From contig OZ316776.1 in assembly GCA_973851085.1 (NCBI GenBank), forward strand, positions 5,146,001-5,210,000: 64,000 bases of DNA, written 5' to 3'. The DNA is from Ptychomitrium polyphyllum (Eukaryota). The position numbers were made by a program, and so were the translations under genes. A model generated the notes under the pieces. The model saw nothing but the letters and a program-made list of their open reading frames with translations. It was not told the origin of the DNA and made no database searches. Positions 1 through 11,929 of this stretch are shown piece after piece (positions within the stretch are counted from its first letter, which is position 1; every line of letters starts with the position of its first letter).

Positions 1-719
1 ATACTACAACAATATCAACTATCATATCAAAATATCAGTAAAACATTCTCTTCCAGAATCTTCTCCCAATTCAATTATTGTGAATTTTTTCTATCACTTT
101 TTAGTATAATATTTAAATCCTTTCTTGGAATACTCAACAATAATAAGTAGTGAACCTTCAAATTCCTTTACGCAATTAGTCACTTTTATAATAATATAGT
201 TTTTTTTAGTTCATCATTCAATTACTTCCAAACTTCAATTTTCATTCTTTTGCTTCCAATTTTTAACAAGTCATCACCTTAATAATAGTTGATAATAATC
301 TCTCAATTCACTCACACTTTAAACATTCAAAATTTATTCACTTTTCTTCAAAAATTCCATACAATCAACAACAACATGATATACTAATAAACAAACACTT
401 TTTATTCTGAATTTACCATATACACTTTATAAGGTGGAGACAAACTTCACTTGTCTGTTATTTTTTTTTCTTCTCTTCCTCTTCTATTATATTCCTTGAA
501 CCAATACAATGATCCAATACTATTGTAACCACTTATCAATTGTATGTGTCAAAAGACACACTATTTCTATTAATATTTTCAACATTGAAACAACACTATA
601 GTCTTGAAAGTCACTTTACATACTACTATAGTCTATCTAATAAATTAATTAGTCATTTGTACCCTTTCAAAGCCGTTACCTACTAAAACTAAGAAATACA
701 TAAAAAATACACTAATTCT

Positions 720-1460
720 ACATGTTGATTGTCTTCTTACAATGAAAGTTGTTTACAATTATATAGTCAATTCTACTACATAAAAGATTCCATTTGAGAT
801 AATATATAGTAAGCATATTTTGATTCCATCAACTTTTTATAATTTAAACTTAAATATCTAGCTGCATTAGCTTTTCATAATAAATGGCAATGCAATTTAG
901 TATTTATTATAGAAGTTTTAATCAAGGCTCAAGCACATAAGACCAAATATGCCAATGCACATAGAAGACATGTAAAATACAATGAAGGTTACAAAGTTCT
1001 TCTTCGCACTAAGAATTTGAAATATACTTTAATAATTTCAACAAAAGTTGTTCATAAGTTTGTGGGCCCTCTTACAATTTACAAGCATATTGGCTATGCA
1101 GCTTATGTTCTTCAATTTCTTTCTAAGATGAAATTCACATTATATTTCATGTGAATATTTTTAAGCCATATATTAAATTGGTAGATCTTTTGACAATTGA
1201 TTGGCCTAATTCTATTGAATATTTAGAAGGTGATAACATCTTTGTGAGGTTGAATTAATTTTTAACTACTATAAACATTGTTATAGTAAAAGAAATTGTG
1301 TAGATATGGAAAGATTATCCTATTGTTGAAGTCACTTAGGAACCTCTTAAAAAATTAACATATCATGATTTAATACTATAAAACTTTTGCACTTGTTTTA
1401 ATACGGTTTAACAAGGACAAGTAAACTTTTTTAAAAGAAAGGAAAATGTCATGAAACCAA
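720..1460 (+). mobile_element. Highly degenerate Ty3/gypsy chromovirus 3' remnant (integrase C-terminus, GPY/F, chromodomain, PPT, LTR start)
   Basis: Frameshifted translations read VVYNYIVNSTT*KIPFEIIY (~745-810), KFVGPLTIYKHIGYAAYVLQ and IFHVNIFKPY (~1055-1170) and WKDYPIVEVT*EPLKKL (~1305-1360). A purine tract AAAAGAAAGGAAAA (1433-1446) abuts TGTCATG at 1447. Confidence 0.65.
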
Positions 1461-3181
1461 TTTAGACTACTTACCTAAAGCAAGACTTATTACATTAAAT
1501 ACTAATAGTAATAACCTTTAATATCAAGAGTTGCCTATTTTTTGGATGTATAGATTTGAGAAGACTATAAATTAAAAATATAAAGAGTTAGAAAAAAGAA
1601 AAAAAACAAACATATTTGAGAAATTTTACATAATATATATTATGGAATTGATAAAAAAAATAGATATACATCATAATGATATTGAGCTATAAGCAAAATT
1701 CAAGGCTTTGTAATTTCATATAAGTCAAAATTACATCAAAATTCTAAAAAAGAGTATTGTAGGAGGAGAAGAAAATTCTTACAATGATTGTTCTTTAATA
1801 TAAGTTTTTTTGTCAAAGTATTGGAAGGTAGATTTAGAGTAAATAAATGAAACCTTTACCAATCTATTTTTGGCATAGCATATTCAAAAGTGGCACAACT
1901 TGTAACTATAACAAAAAATTCTTTATTAAATTTGTTTTTGATGAATTTGCAAAATGATAATCTTTTTTTGAAAAGACTTACTTTTGGTAACCAAAATAGC
2001 CTCATATTTAGAAATTCATGGAAATTATGTACGTTATTATGTAACAAAGATAAATGCTTTTGGCATGCTAGTTGCAAGAATAATTACAAGATGATAAGTT
2101 TTTTTTTTATTATTAAATATTTGTTATAGTTAATTTGAATGTTTTTTTAAAACGAATTTATATTTTTCATTGTAAATTTTTGTATTTCATTTTATTTTAT
2201 TTTATACATTATGTTGTAGGTACAAATATAAAAATACTATGGTTTATAAGCTTGCTGAAGAATTGGCTTTTTTATTTCTATGCAATTGGACTTGAAGTAC
2301 TTTAGCATATTTGCTTATTTACAAAAAAATTACTAAAGAAAGATTTGGATTTAATAATGCATCAATTTATGATATAGTTTTTACAACATTTATATTATTG
2401 GGGATTTTAATACCAGCGTTCATATTGACAATGATGATTATAACCTAGAATTTATTCTTTAGTTAGAAGAAAGTGATTATCATACAGCTTTCTTTTGGTT
2501 ATTTTATTTATTTTATATTTATATTTTAGATTTTTTTGTTTATTTTTTGTATTATTTATAACTTATGAAGTTTTATTCTTTTTAGAATATTTTGAAGTTG
2601 AAGAAGAAGTTTCACTATTTGCTATATTGGACTTTAAAATAGCTTTTACTCTTCAATTTAAGAATGCCCTTTGTTTTTGTGCTGGAACTTTGGATCATTG
2701 TGCAAAGAGTTCAAAAACCAAAAACGTACTTGAATTGTATTTTTTCAAAAAAGTTTTGTATTTTGATAATTGAAGAAGCTTTTGGCTTTTTATGTAAGTT
2801 GATTTTTAGAATACCATATGTCCATGTTTTGTATAATCAAATTAGGCTAAAAATATTTGCTCATTGTATCACACATCTTTTATGAAAAGTTTAATTGAAT
2901 ATTGGTTGCAATTTCTTTGTCAAATATCCAAGTGAAATGATTGTATTTTGTTTTTTTATTTCATACAATTTTATTTTATAAGTTCCATTATTTTGTAAAA
3001 CAAAAATCTTTAAATGTTCAACAATAAATACTTCTTTTCAACTCAAATTTTAATTTTAATAGTGAATTTATTCCATAGATGATTTTAAATACTATTCAAA
3101 GTTTTTACAAAGGATGCAATGAATATAAGGCATCTTATACTTGCTTACAAGGTAATGATAGTGGTTGAAATGGTACTCAAA

Positions 3182-3184
<3 letters not shown>

Positions 3185-3226
<42 letters not shown>
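3185..3226. repeat. (AT)n microsatellite, ~21 units
   Basis: Directly visible. Confidence 0.95.
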
Positions 3227-3228
<2 letters not shown>

Positions 3229-3399
3229 AATTCATTCACAATTGTTATTCAATGAGAAACTAAAGATGTAAAGGAATACTACTAGCATTAGCTACATGAA
3301 TGTTTATAGTGTAAAGTTCAATAATTTAGAAATGATGATTGTTAATGCAAAGAACTTTTCTAAGTATTGCTTGTTGTTAAATATTTTTAGGAAATGATG

Positions 3400-4143
3400 A
3401 AGAATTCAAAGTTATGTAAAGAAGATTATATAAATTTTGCAAAAGAAGAAATTCCAAATCTTCCTTGTAATGGCGTTGGTAGAGAAAATTGGTGCAAAAA
3501 GAAAGTTTTCCATATTGATGAAAAATGAACCATTGTTGCAAATGGTTATGTGGAAATTGCAAAAGAATGGCAATCTATTGATGGCCGCTCAACACTTGGA
3601 ACAAATAATATAGGTGTTGTTATTTGTGACATTTTACAACTTGAGAGCTTACTTAAATTTTGTACTCTTTATTCATGGCTTATAAAAAATATCCTTTTTG
3701 AAGGTATTAGTCTTTACAATCACAAACATCAATATAATCAATGCATATCAACAAATGTTGCTTGTGTTGCTAGTTGACATGTGTTTTACAAATATTTGTT
3801 CCATTGTAAAATTAAAGATGCAAGCTATAAAAAGAAAAAATGACATTATAATTGAAGATTCATCTATAAGTGCTACTTTCGCAACCACATGTTGTAAAAA
3901 CCAAAGTATGAGTCAATTCAAGGCTACTATGATCAAAATATGAAATGCACCATCCTAATTCAAAATTAATAGATGCTTTAAAGCTTGGTGTTCATAAGGG
4001 CAACTATTTTTTTCTAAGTTCATTTAAAAAATTATGTGTTGTAGAAGGAAGGTTTATATGCATGCAATTATGGCACTTGATATATGGAATATAAAAGAGT
4101 AATTTTTTTTAATACAAAAAAATACGCTACTGATGGCTGCCAT
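3400..4143 (+). pseudogene. 5' portion of a decayed DUF7869-like putative transposase gene, left of the retrotransposon insertion (left boundary approximate)
   Basis: LCVVEGRFICMQLWHLIYGI*KSNFF*YKKYATDGC continues in frame at 13570 as (H/R)LQYHRSKGRKKTP once the LTR element and one TSD copy are removed. ORF 3550-3777 is probably an upstream part of the same gene. Confidence 0.55.
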
Positions 4144-4566
4144 TGTTACGGATAGAATAACCACAAGACAAGCCTTTAGGATTCCATAATATGGAAAAAA
4201 ATAAGTTTAAGGTATACTAGAGGTACAAAGCTTTAACAAGGTACAAAAAATCAAGGCCAGAAGGTTTAAACTAGACCACAAGAGATGCGTTGTCAAGACT
4301 GAAGATTCCTTCAACCTCGACTCCGATATATACTAAAACTACAAACTTTAAAAGTTTCTTAGGAAACTTCTACTACGTTGCTTTGTACTCAAACAACCTT
4401 AATTTGCTTTTTTGGAAGCTTTCTAAGTCAAGGCAACTTTCTTGGAAGCTTCCTAAATCAAAGGTAACTTCTTTGGAAGCTTTGTAAGCTGAAGGTAATT
4501 TCTTTAGAAACTTTTTAAACCTTCTAAGAACCTTTCTAGATGCTTCTAATATGTATGTTTGTGACA
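4144..4566 (-). repeat. 3' LTR (423 bp)
   Basis: TGTTACGGA...GTGACA on plus; aligns to 13174-13564 (about 11 mismatches in the first 60 nt by eye); one more ~32-bp internal repeat unit than the 5' LTR. Confidence 0.95.
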
Positions 4567-4583
4567 TCAGCTCCTTTTCTAGC
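4567..4583 (-). other. Polypurine tract of the chromovirus
   Basis: Minus strand reads AGAAAAGGAGCTGA immediately before the TG of the 3' LTR. Confidence 0.65.
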
Positions 4584-5149
4584 TCCGAGGTCTCCAAGGA
4601 GCATGTTGCAACAAATGCTTAGAGTTGTAAAAAGTCAAAATTTGTGGCATGGTATCTGCAACATATTCCAATTACCTTTCTCGATTCAAATGGTTCATGG
4701 GTCTTTGTAACCATTGATAGTCTCCAACGCCTTCTACTTGGAACCAAATATGAACTTCCGTATCTTCGTTGTAAAAGAGTCCTTCCAATACAGTTTGTGG
4801 ATAATTTTTGTAAGTTGGCTCCACTTCAAAGACAATTACCAACGATCTATTGTTGGGTATCCTCCGACGCCTTTTAGGTCCAATCTGTTCTTCATCATAA
4901 AGCTGTCAACAAGAGCTACTTGGTTGGATTGATACCACTAGCATGATATCTGCACCTTGATTGTCCATATCTAAGTTAGTCTCAAGAAATATGACAAACT
5001 TCAAATACAAATGACTGATTTCTAAATCATGTCATGGACTTTCAAAACTTATAATTTAGGAATTGCTTTCTATCCTGCTTAAAAGTCCAAGCATCAAGAG
5101 CCTTCAAAATCATGCAATCTTACCGAGCTATTGTTTCATCTGCTGCTAC

Positions 5150-5294
5150 TTTTTGTTTTAATGGATGTTATTGATGGAATTCACAAATTTTTACTAGTGA
5201 ATTAGCAAGATTTTTAACTGATTTCCATGTAAATTCACTAATGTCATATCTGCACCAATGTACTAAATATTCCATCTTTCCATGTCTTATCCGT
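5150..5294 (-). pseudogene. C-terminal half of the integrase chromodomain, separated from its N-terminal half by an insertion
   Basis: RIRHGKMEYLVHWCRYDISEFTWKSVKNLANSLVKICEFHQ*HP joins EFEV(frameshift)KVLDS at ~6830-6860. Confidence 0.85.
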
Positions 5295-6828
5295 TGTTGT
5301 GGTAAAAGAGCCTTGCTTTGAGAAAGCACTAGGCCTCTAGTTGCTACAAATCACTCAACAAGTTGACAAGATGGTATTTACCTAGTTATTTAGATGAAAA
5401 ATTTCTTTGATCATGCTTTTTAAGCTTTATAAAGATTACAACCCAAACCCAAACCATAAGTACATACTGCCATCATAAATCCGCTTACAAATTTGCTCAA
5501 ATTTGCTATTATAAGACTTCAATGAACTTGATATTTTGACACTACGTTTTTAAAGCATCTTTAAAATTATAACAAAAGGTTCATAACCATAACTATTATA
5601 AGCATTGAGAAACATGCTTTCAAAATTCTCACTTTCCACTGCCGCAGCTCATGAATTCCTTCTACTTTATTAATTCATAACTTTCCTTCTATTACAAATC
5701 TAGACTTGAAAATTTACACACATTACTCATTTTACAATAAACACTTCATTAAAATATCAATCTCAGAATCTCTTCGAATCTTCTCTTATGATCCATAACG
5801 TACAACTCCAATTTTGCTGTATACAGCTCTCAAAGTTCCGACTACAATTTTTCTTATATCTTCCATAGTACAAGCTTTTTTCTCTTCAAATATTTACAAT
5901 ATTATTTTGAAGTACTTAAAATACTATCCTCTAAAATTCATTATTAAATTCTAAATATAAAAAAAGTTATAAGCACCCAAAGTAGCTGATCCAACTTCAC
6001 TCAAACTAAAGCCACGGTCACATACTAACTCCAAATGGAGCGTGTTATAACATTCTGAAGAGTTAACAAAGAAAAAATGTAAGTCCAATAAAAATAAATT
6101 TAAGTTCAAAAGTATACTATGAGACATAATTGAAGGAAGGATTGCCTTAAATAACAAGTAGAAGAGGCTAAGAGAGAAGAAAAAGGTGGTGGTCAAACTG
6201 CCACATCTACCTCTTATCTCTCCACATTAGCCCCTAATCTCCTTTATCAAGCCTTAATCTAATCATGTCTTCAATTAAAAAACAACCTAAATCTTTTTTT
6301 TTTTCTTTTTTTTCTTTTTTTTCTTTTCTTTCCTTTGATTGAAACTTCTAGGTTCCAAATTACAAAAGAAGACAAAAATAATCCTCACAAATCTAAAGTA
6401 AGAAAATATAACTAAAATAAAAAGAAAAAAATAGAAAAAAAATTGAAGTTCAATGAATATAAAATTATTGTTGAGGCAGAATCAAACATCAAGCTACGAA
6501 CTTGGTTGACTGGATATAATATAGCTGTAGAACCGGTCTTAATTCAATTCTCGTTGGATTTGTTGACTGGAATGGTGGCACTTGGTTTGGTACTACTGAT
6601 AAAAATAGCAGGCAGGAAAATAACATAGTCAATTGGCGCCTTCACCCTAAGCTAAGACAAGATGTATTTCTACCTCCAAGATACTTAAAACCGTGGTTTC
6701 ACCACAATCCTTTTCACCTAACTTCTCTTTTCATCCTAGTATTCATTTATAAAACATAATAAATTAAAATCCACAAAATAATACAAATTTGCTAAGTTTT
6801 AAGTCATATAACTATTTACAGCACAACA
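5295..6828. mobile_element. 1534-bp solo-LTR-like insertion (third family) inside the chromodomain
   Basis: Termini TGTTGTG...CACAACA form a 7-bp inverted repeat; flanked by CCGT (5291-5294)/CTGT (6829-6832); removing it restores D-S-R-I-R of the chromodomain; no recognisable coding domains. Confidence 0.8.
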
Positions 6829-7964
6829 CTGTGAGTCAAGCACTTTTTCACTTCAAATTCATGATGATTGTCAATTTTAACCACAAGTGGTGGCAGCTGC
6901 CTTTGTCCAGAGATACTTGATTCCTTATAAGTTTCTAAAAATGAAACGTGGAAGATAGGATGTACCTTCATTGATGTTGGTAGTTCCAAACAATATGCCA
7001 TGTAGTTGACTTGTTTTCGATTGCAAATGGTCCCAATCTGCAATAGTGTAGCTTGTCACATGGCCTACTGGGCTTTATATTGCGTCGAAGCAGCCACACC
7101 TTCTCACCAACTTGGAATGGAGGTTGTTCCTTCTTTGTTGCATCTGCTGCAATTTTGTATCATTCTAGAGCTTCTTCTAGTTGAATCTTCATGATTATTT
7201 GAAACTCTGCCGTTCTTGTGGCAAATAACTCTGCTACTAGATTTTCAAATTATAGGGGCTATAACATATCCATCTTTGGATGTTGTACATAGTTGGAGTA
7301 GAATGGCGTTTGCTGGGTGGATGCATGAATGGTGTTGTTGTAGGAAAATTTAGCCAATATCAAGTAGGAAGTCCATCATCTTATTGGTAGTTGATGGTAC
7401 ACCTCAAATATTTTTCTAAGATTTTGTTGACTTGCTCTGTTTGGTGATTACTTTGAAAATGGAAGGCAGAAGAAATTTTGATGTCCACCTTAAGGATTTC
7501 AAAGAGCAGCTTTTAAAATCTTGATACAAATTGTGGTCTACAATCAAATATAATATCATTGAATAATCCATAGTAGTGGTAGATATTATCCATGAAAAGT
7601 ATGGCAATCTTTTTATTTGTAATTGTCTTCTTGCAAGGTACAAAATATGCCATTTTGGTCAACCTGTCTACCACAATGAAGATGGTATCAAAATAAATTG
7701 ATGGTGGAAGATCTGTAGTGAAATCCATTGAAACAGACAACCACAATTGGCTTAAAATAGGCAATAGTTGAAGAAGTTCATATGGACAATGTCAAGGATT
7801 TTTTGGACCTAAAGTAGGTATCATACGAGAGTACAAACACCTTAATGGCCTTCCACATTTAAGGCCACCTAAAGTCTCAAGAGAAGAGTTCCAAGGTTTT
7901 GTTGAATCCAAAATATCTAGCCACAGAAAAATCATGATGAGTTTGAAATACACAAAGGCAAATT
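6829..7964 (-). pseudogene. Chromovirus integrase (zinc-binding region remnant, core, GPY/F module, chromodomain N-terminus), disrupted
   Basis: WLSVSMDFTTDLPPS..FDTIFIVVDRLTKMAYFVPC..DIIFDCRPQFVSRF; YCLELPTSMKVHPIFHVSFLETY; HHEFEVKK. Confidence 0.9.
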
Positions 7965-10278
7965 TATCGAGTACTTCTTTTCGAGGAGTGCCCCCAATAC
8001 TAAGGGCACAAGGGGGACGTCAGAGTGACGTTCGAGACTTGTGGCGTTAATAGTGAAGTGGCCCGAGTAGGCCTAGCGTGGAAAGGATCCCGAGTGTCGC
8101 AACCCTTGCAAAGCACCTTAGCAAACGTCACGCGCGTCAACCCTGTACACCCCCACATGCACATGGTTAACCCCCATTCTCACTTTCCAAGTCTTTCTAC
8201 CATTTCTCTTAGGACACTCAATTTATTAGTAGCCAATGGTTAGGTGCGGACTTCCATTCATGTCCAAGGCCTCACTTGGTGTTACTCCCATTCCACACAG
8301 CCTAACCGCACTTAGTGGTGTCTCCTCACCACCACTCATGATGCCCAAGTGATCCTAAGATCACCTCGGGCCATCATGGTGCCGGCGTAAAGACACCACC
8401 TCAATTTAGTGGTAACAAGCGTACCCTTTTGAACGTGCTAGTTTCCTTTGTGAAACCGGCCGTCCACCGGCTCACAATGGTGTGGGAGTCCCCGTGGTGA
8501 AGCCCCAATACTAGCTCCACCAACCGGGACTCACCCTTGGTCTCTACCGGGACACTAGGGGAGTGGGGAGGGGGACCAGCCCTCCCTTATAGTACTCTTT
8601 GTGGGATTTGGCAGGCCCCCTGACCCTCTGGAGCTAGCTGAACCCCGACACACCTAGAGTTTTGGAAGACCACCCAATCTCCCTTGGGACTTAGCCGCTG
8701 GAAGCCTCTAGGACTCCCAGCGGACCTTTAGGGCGCCATATCTTCCTCATTTGGTGCCCGAATGTATTGAGCGATCACTTTATCGTCATCTACTCTTCGC
8801 GTAGATGCCGATAGACTCCTCAAACGTCCGATTTGAGTTAGTATTGTGGGAGATACGCCTCTCCCAAGGTTCAGGACTCCCAGGGAGTCCCTCCCTAGAC
8901 TATCCCACTCCAGCACAATCACTGTGTAGGGCTGCCACACTCCAGAACAGCCCCTTGGCAATTCCAACTTTGGGGTGCCATAACTTTTAGCTCTCATGTC
9001 CGATTTAGGCAATCCTTAGCATTCTAAAATCAGCTCTTCATGATTCCTTTAATGCCCACGATTTATCCCTCGTGGCCTTCGATCTACATGGGCAAGGATG
9101 TTTCTCCCCCTAGGAGTCCTTTCCATGTTAGGCCCACTTGGTTCTCCTCACTATCGGCGCCACAAGTCCCGGACGACACTTCGGGGTCCCCCTTGTGCCC
9201 TTAGTGTTGCGGGCACTCTTCAGGGCGAGGTGCGCGACACTGAGGGGGAAGAACATCCTTGTCGTTGTAGTCCAAGGGCCACAAAGGATAAATTGTAGGC
9301 CTTAGAATACTCACAACAAGTTGATTTTAGAATACTAAAGATTTCTCTAGTCAGATAAGGGAACTAAAAGATATGGCATTCCAAAAATGGGGCTGCCAAG
9401 GGGTTGTTCTGGACTGTGGCAGCCCTAGACTATGACTGTACTGGATGGGACAATACAAAGAGGGACTCCCCGGGAGTTTTGAATCTTAAAAGAGGCATAT
9501 CTCCCAGAATTCTAAGTCAAATTGGACGTTTGAGGAGTCTATCAGCATCTACGCAAAGAGTTAATGACGATAAAGTAATTGCTCAATAGATTTGGACACC
9601 AAACGTGGAAGATATGGCTCCCTGAAGATCTGCAGGAAGTCTTGGAGGCTTTCAGCGGCTAAGTTCCAAGGGAGATCGGGTGGTCTTCTAAAAGTTTGAG
9701 TGTGTCGGAGTTCAGCCAGCTACAGAGGGCTAAGGGGCTTGCTAAATTCCACAGAGAGTACTATAGGCGAGGGCTAGTCCTCCTCCCTACTCCCCAAGTG
9801 TTCTGGTAGAAACCAAGGATGAGTTCTGGTTGGTACAACTAGTGTTGGGGCTTCACCACGAGGACTCCCACACCATTGTAAGCGGGTGGATGACCGGTTT
9901 TACGAAGGAAACTAGTGAGATAAAAAGGGCACGCTAATTACCACTAAGTTGGGGTGGTGTCTTCACGTTGGCACCATGATGGCTTGGGGTGATCTTAGGA
10001 TCAGATGGAGATCATGAGTGGTGGTGAGGAGACACCACTACGTGCGATTAGGCCGTGTGAAATGGGAGTAACACCAAGTGAGGCCTTGGACATGAATGGA
10101 AGTTTGCATATAACCATTGGCTACCAATCAATTGGGATCCTTAAGAGAAATGGTAGGGGGAATTGAAAACTAAGCCTAGGACTTGGAGAGTGAAAATGGG
10201 GGTTAATCATATGCATGTGGGGGTGTACAGAATTGATGCGTGTGACATTTGTTAAGGTGCATTACAAGGCTTGCGACA
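7965..10278 (+). mobile_element. Solo LTR 'A' (~1.16 kb; 7965-8094 plus 9240-10278) inserted in pol and split by solo LTR 'B'
   Basis: Ends TATCG (decayed TGTCG)...TTGCGACA; perfect TSD AAATT (7960-7964/10279-10283); removal restores pol RLYISKRPICLCVFQTHHDF; orientation inferred from CTATAGG at ~9761. Confidence 0.9.
8095..9239 (-). mobile_element. Solo LTR 'B' (1145 bp), same family as A, opposite orientation, younger
   Basis: TGTCGCAACC...GCGCGACA; TSD CCGAG (8090-8094)/CTGAG (9240-9244); reverse complement aligns to A at both ends and at the internal segments checked; retains more CpGs than A. Confidence 0.92.
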
Positions 10279-11900
10279 AAATTGGTCTTTTAGAAATATA
10301 TAGACGTTCGTCAAAGTGTACTTTCTTTGGCGCATGCTATAATCGCCTTGACAAAACATCTGATAACCTTTGCTATTTTTTAGGTCAATATGTGATGCAA
10401 AAATCAAATCGAAATAGAGACATACTCCAACGAGCTTTGCAACGATTCAAAACACGAGCTGACATGAAACATTCCAGCTTCTTATGATCTATATATACAA
10501 TCACTAGATGTGCGACACCCTCAAGCAAGTGATGCCATTTTTGGAAGAAAACACAATTGCAAGGAGTTCTTTGTCATGGATCTTGTAGTTGATTTCTACA
10601 GCTGAAAACTTTCTCGAATGAAATGCAATCGGATGGAGACTTCTTTTTCCTCCCGTTTGTGACAAAATTATTCCTAGTGCAAAGTCGGAATTATCTGTCT
10701 CAAGATAACATTGCTTTAAAAAGTTTAGATGGACCAGAATAGGAGCTATGGTAAAAGCTTGCTTCAAACTTTGGAATGCGCTTTCAGCATCGGATCCCAA
10801 CTTAAGCTTTTTCTTACATGTTAATTGCATGAATAGTATAGCTATTTGAAAATAGTCCATGATGAAGATCCAATAGAAGTTTGCAAATCCAAAAAAGTAT
10901 TGGACATCGCGTACCAATTTTGGCCTTGTTCAATTGCTAACTGCTTTGATCTTCTTTTAATCCATCAATACTTTTTTATTAGAGATGATATAACCAAGGA
11001 ATTCCACTTGAGGTTTGTGGAATACACATTTCTCTAGCTTGGCATACAAACTGGCATTTTGTAGCTTTTGTAGGACTATGCGGACATGTTGTTCATGTTC
11101 CTCTAGATTCTTTGAATGTTGAATGAAGTTCTTGGCTAAATTTTCATCAATATACTCCTTTAATGATAAAAGCTTGTTTTGGGATAAATCATAAATAGGT
11201 CCAAATGGTAATTGGGCGTTGTCTTGAAGGTCTATAGCACAGTTGTAAGGACGATGTTTTGGTAGGGTGTTTGCATTCTTCTTTTTGAATACATCTTTGA
11301 ACTTCTTATATTTTAATGGAATGATTGAGGATGAAGCCACAACTTTGAATGTTGGAATTGCATACGCAGAAAAAAAATACCAATCTTTACTGCTTTCATA
11401 AATGCTCTAGTTCCAATGAAGAGAAGCTTTATACTTTTAGATCTATAAGATGCTTCAGCTTCTCTGGTAGGCTTACTAATTATAGATTCTAATGATGGAA
11501 TTTTTTTATTGTGGGATGCCTAATCTATCTGTATGTTGTAGTTCTTAAGCCAAAAGAGTCTTAGAATGATGGGACTTGACAGAGACCTAATGATATTAAA
11601 TATCACTTGGTTTCTATGATTGTTCAATGTTACTGTTAATGGATTGGTCTCATGAATAACATCTCCAATAAATAATGGTCGACCATTTATGACCTCTACA
11701 TGGATGGATTTGGATTTTCTATTAAAAATAAACTTATGAGTTTTCATAAATTCTTTGTCAATAAAGCAAGCAGAGGCTCCTGAATCTATTAGAGCAAGGC
11801 TTTTCAGCTTTTGAACACTTAAACAAACAGGTATAGTAAAACAAGCGGAAAGATGGGCTAATAGAATAGGACCTTTATTTTCTTGCGAAAGAAGCAGATC
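10279..11900 (-). pseudogene. Chromovirus protease, internally deleted reverse transcriptase, and RNase H
   Basis: LALIDSGASACFID (~11760-11800); LPKHRPYNCAIDL..PFGPIYDLS..LKEYIDENL; LYAKLEKCVF..VEFLGYII; LETDNSDFALGIILSQ; NYKIHDKELLAIV. Confidence 0.92.
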
Positions 11901-11929
11901 CAGCTACACAGTCCTTAAAGTGGTTAGAT

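Noticed and set aside
4410..4520. ~32-bp repeated units superficially like a CRISPR array
   Set aside because: Tandem units without unique spacers, inside a eukaryotic LTR, with no cas genes.
6634..6650. TGGCGCC resembling a tRNA PBS inside the 1.5-kb insert
   Set aside because: The following bases do not continue any PBS I recognise, and there is no second LTR copy.
8728..9589. Similar ORFs 8728-9012 (-) and 9404-9589 (+) suggesting a duplicated gene
   Set aside because: They are the same LTR segment in the two solo-LTR copies; stops differ and no domain is recognisable.
8095..10278. Large inverted repeat read as a foldback/TIR DNA transposon or miRNA precursor
   Set aside because: Fully explained by two TG..CA solo LTRs with separate TSDs nested in opposite orientation.
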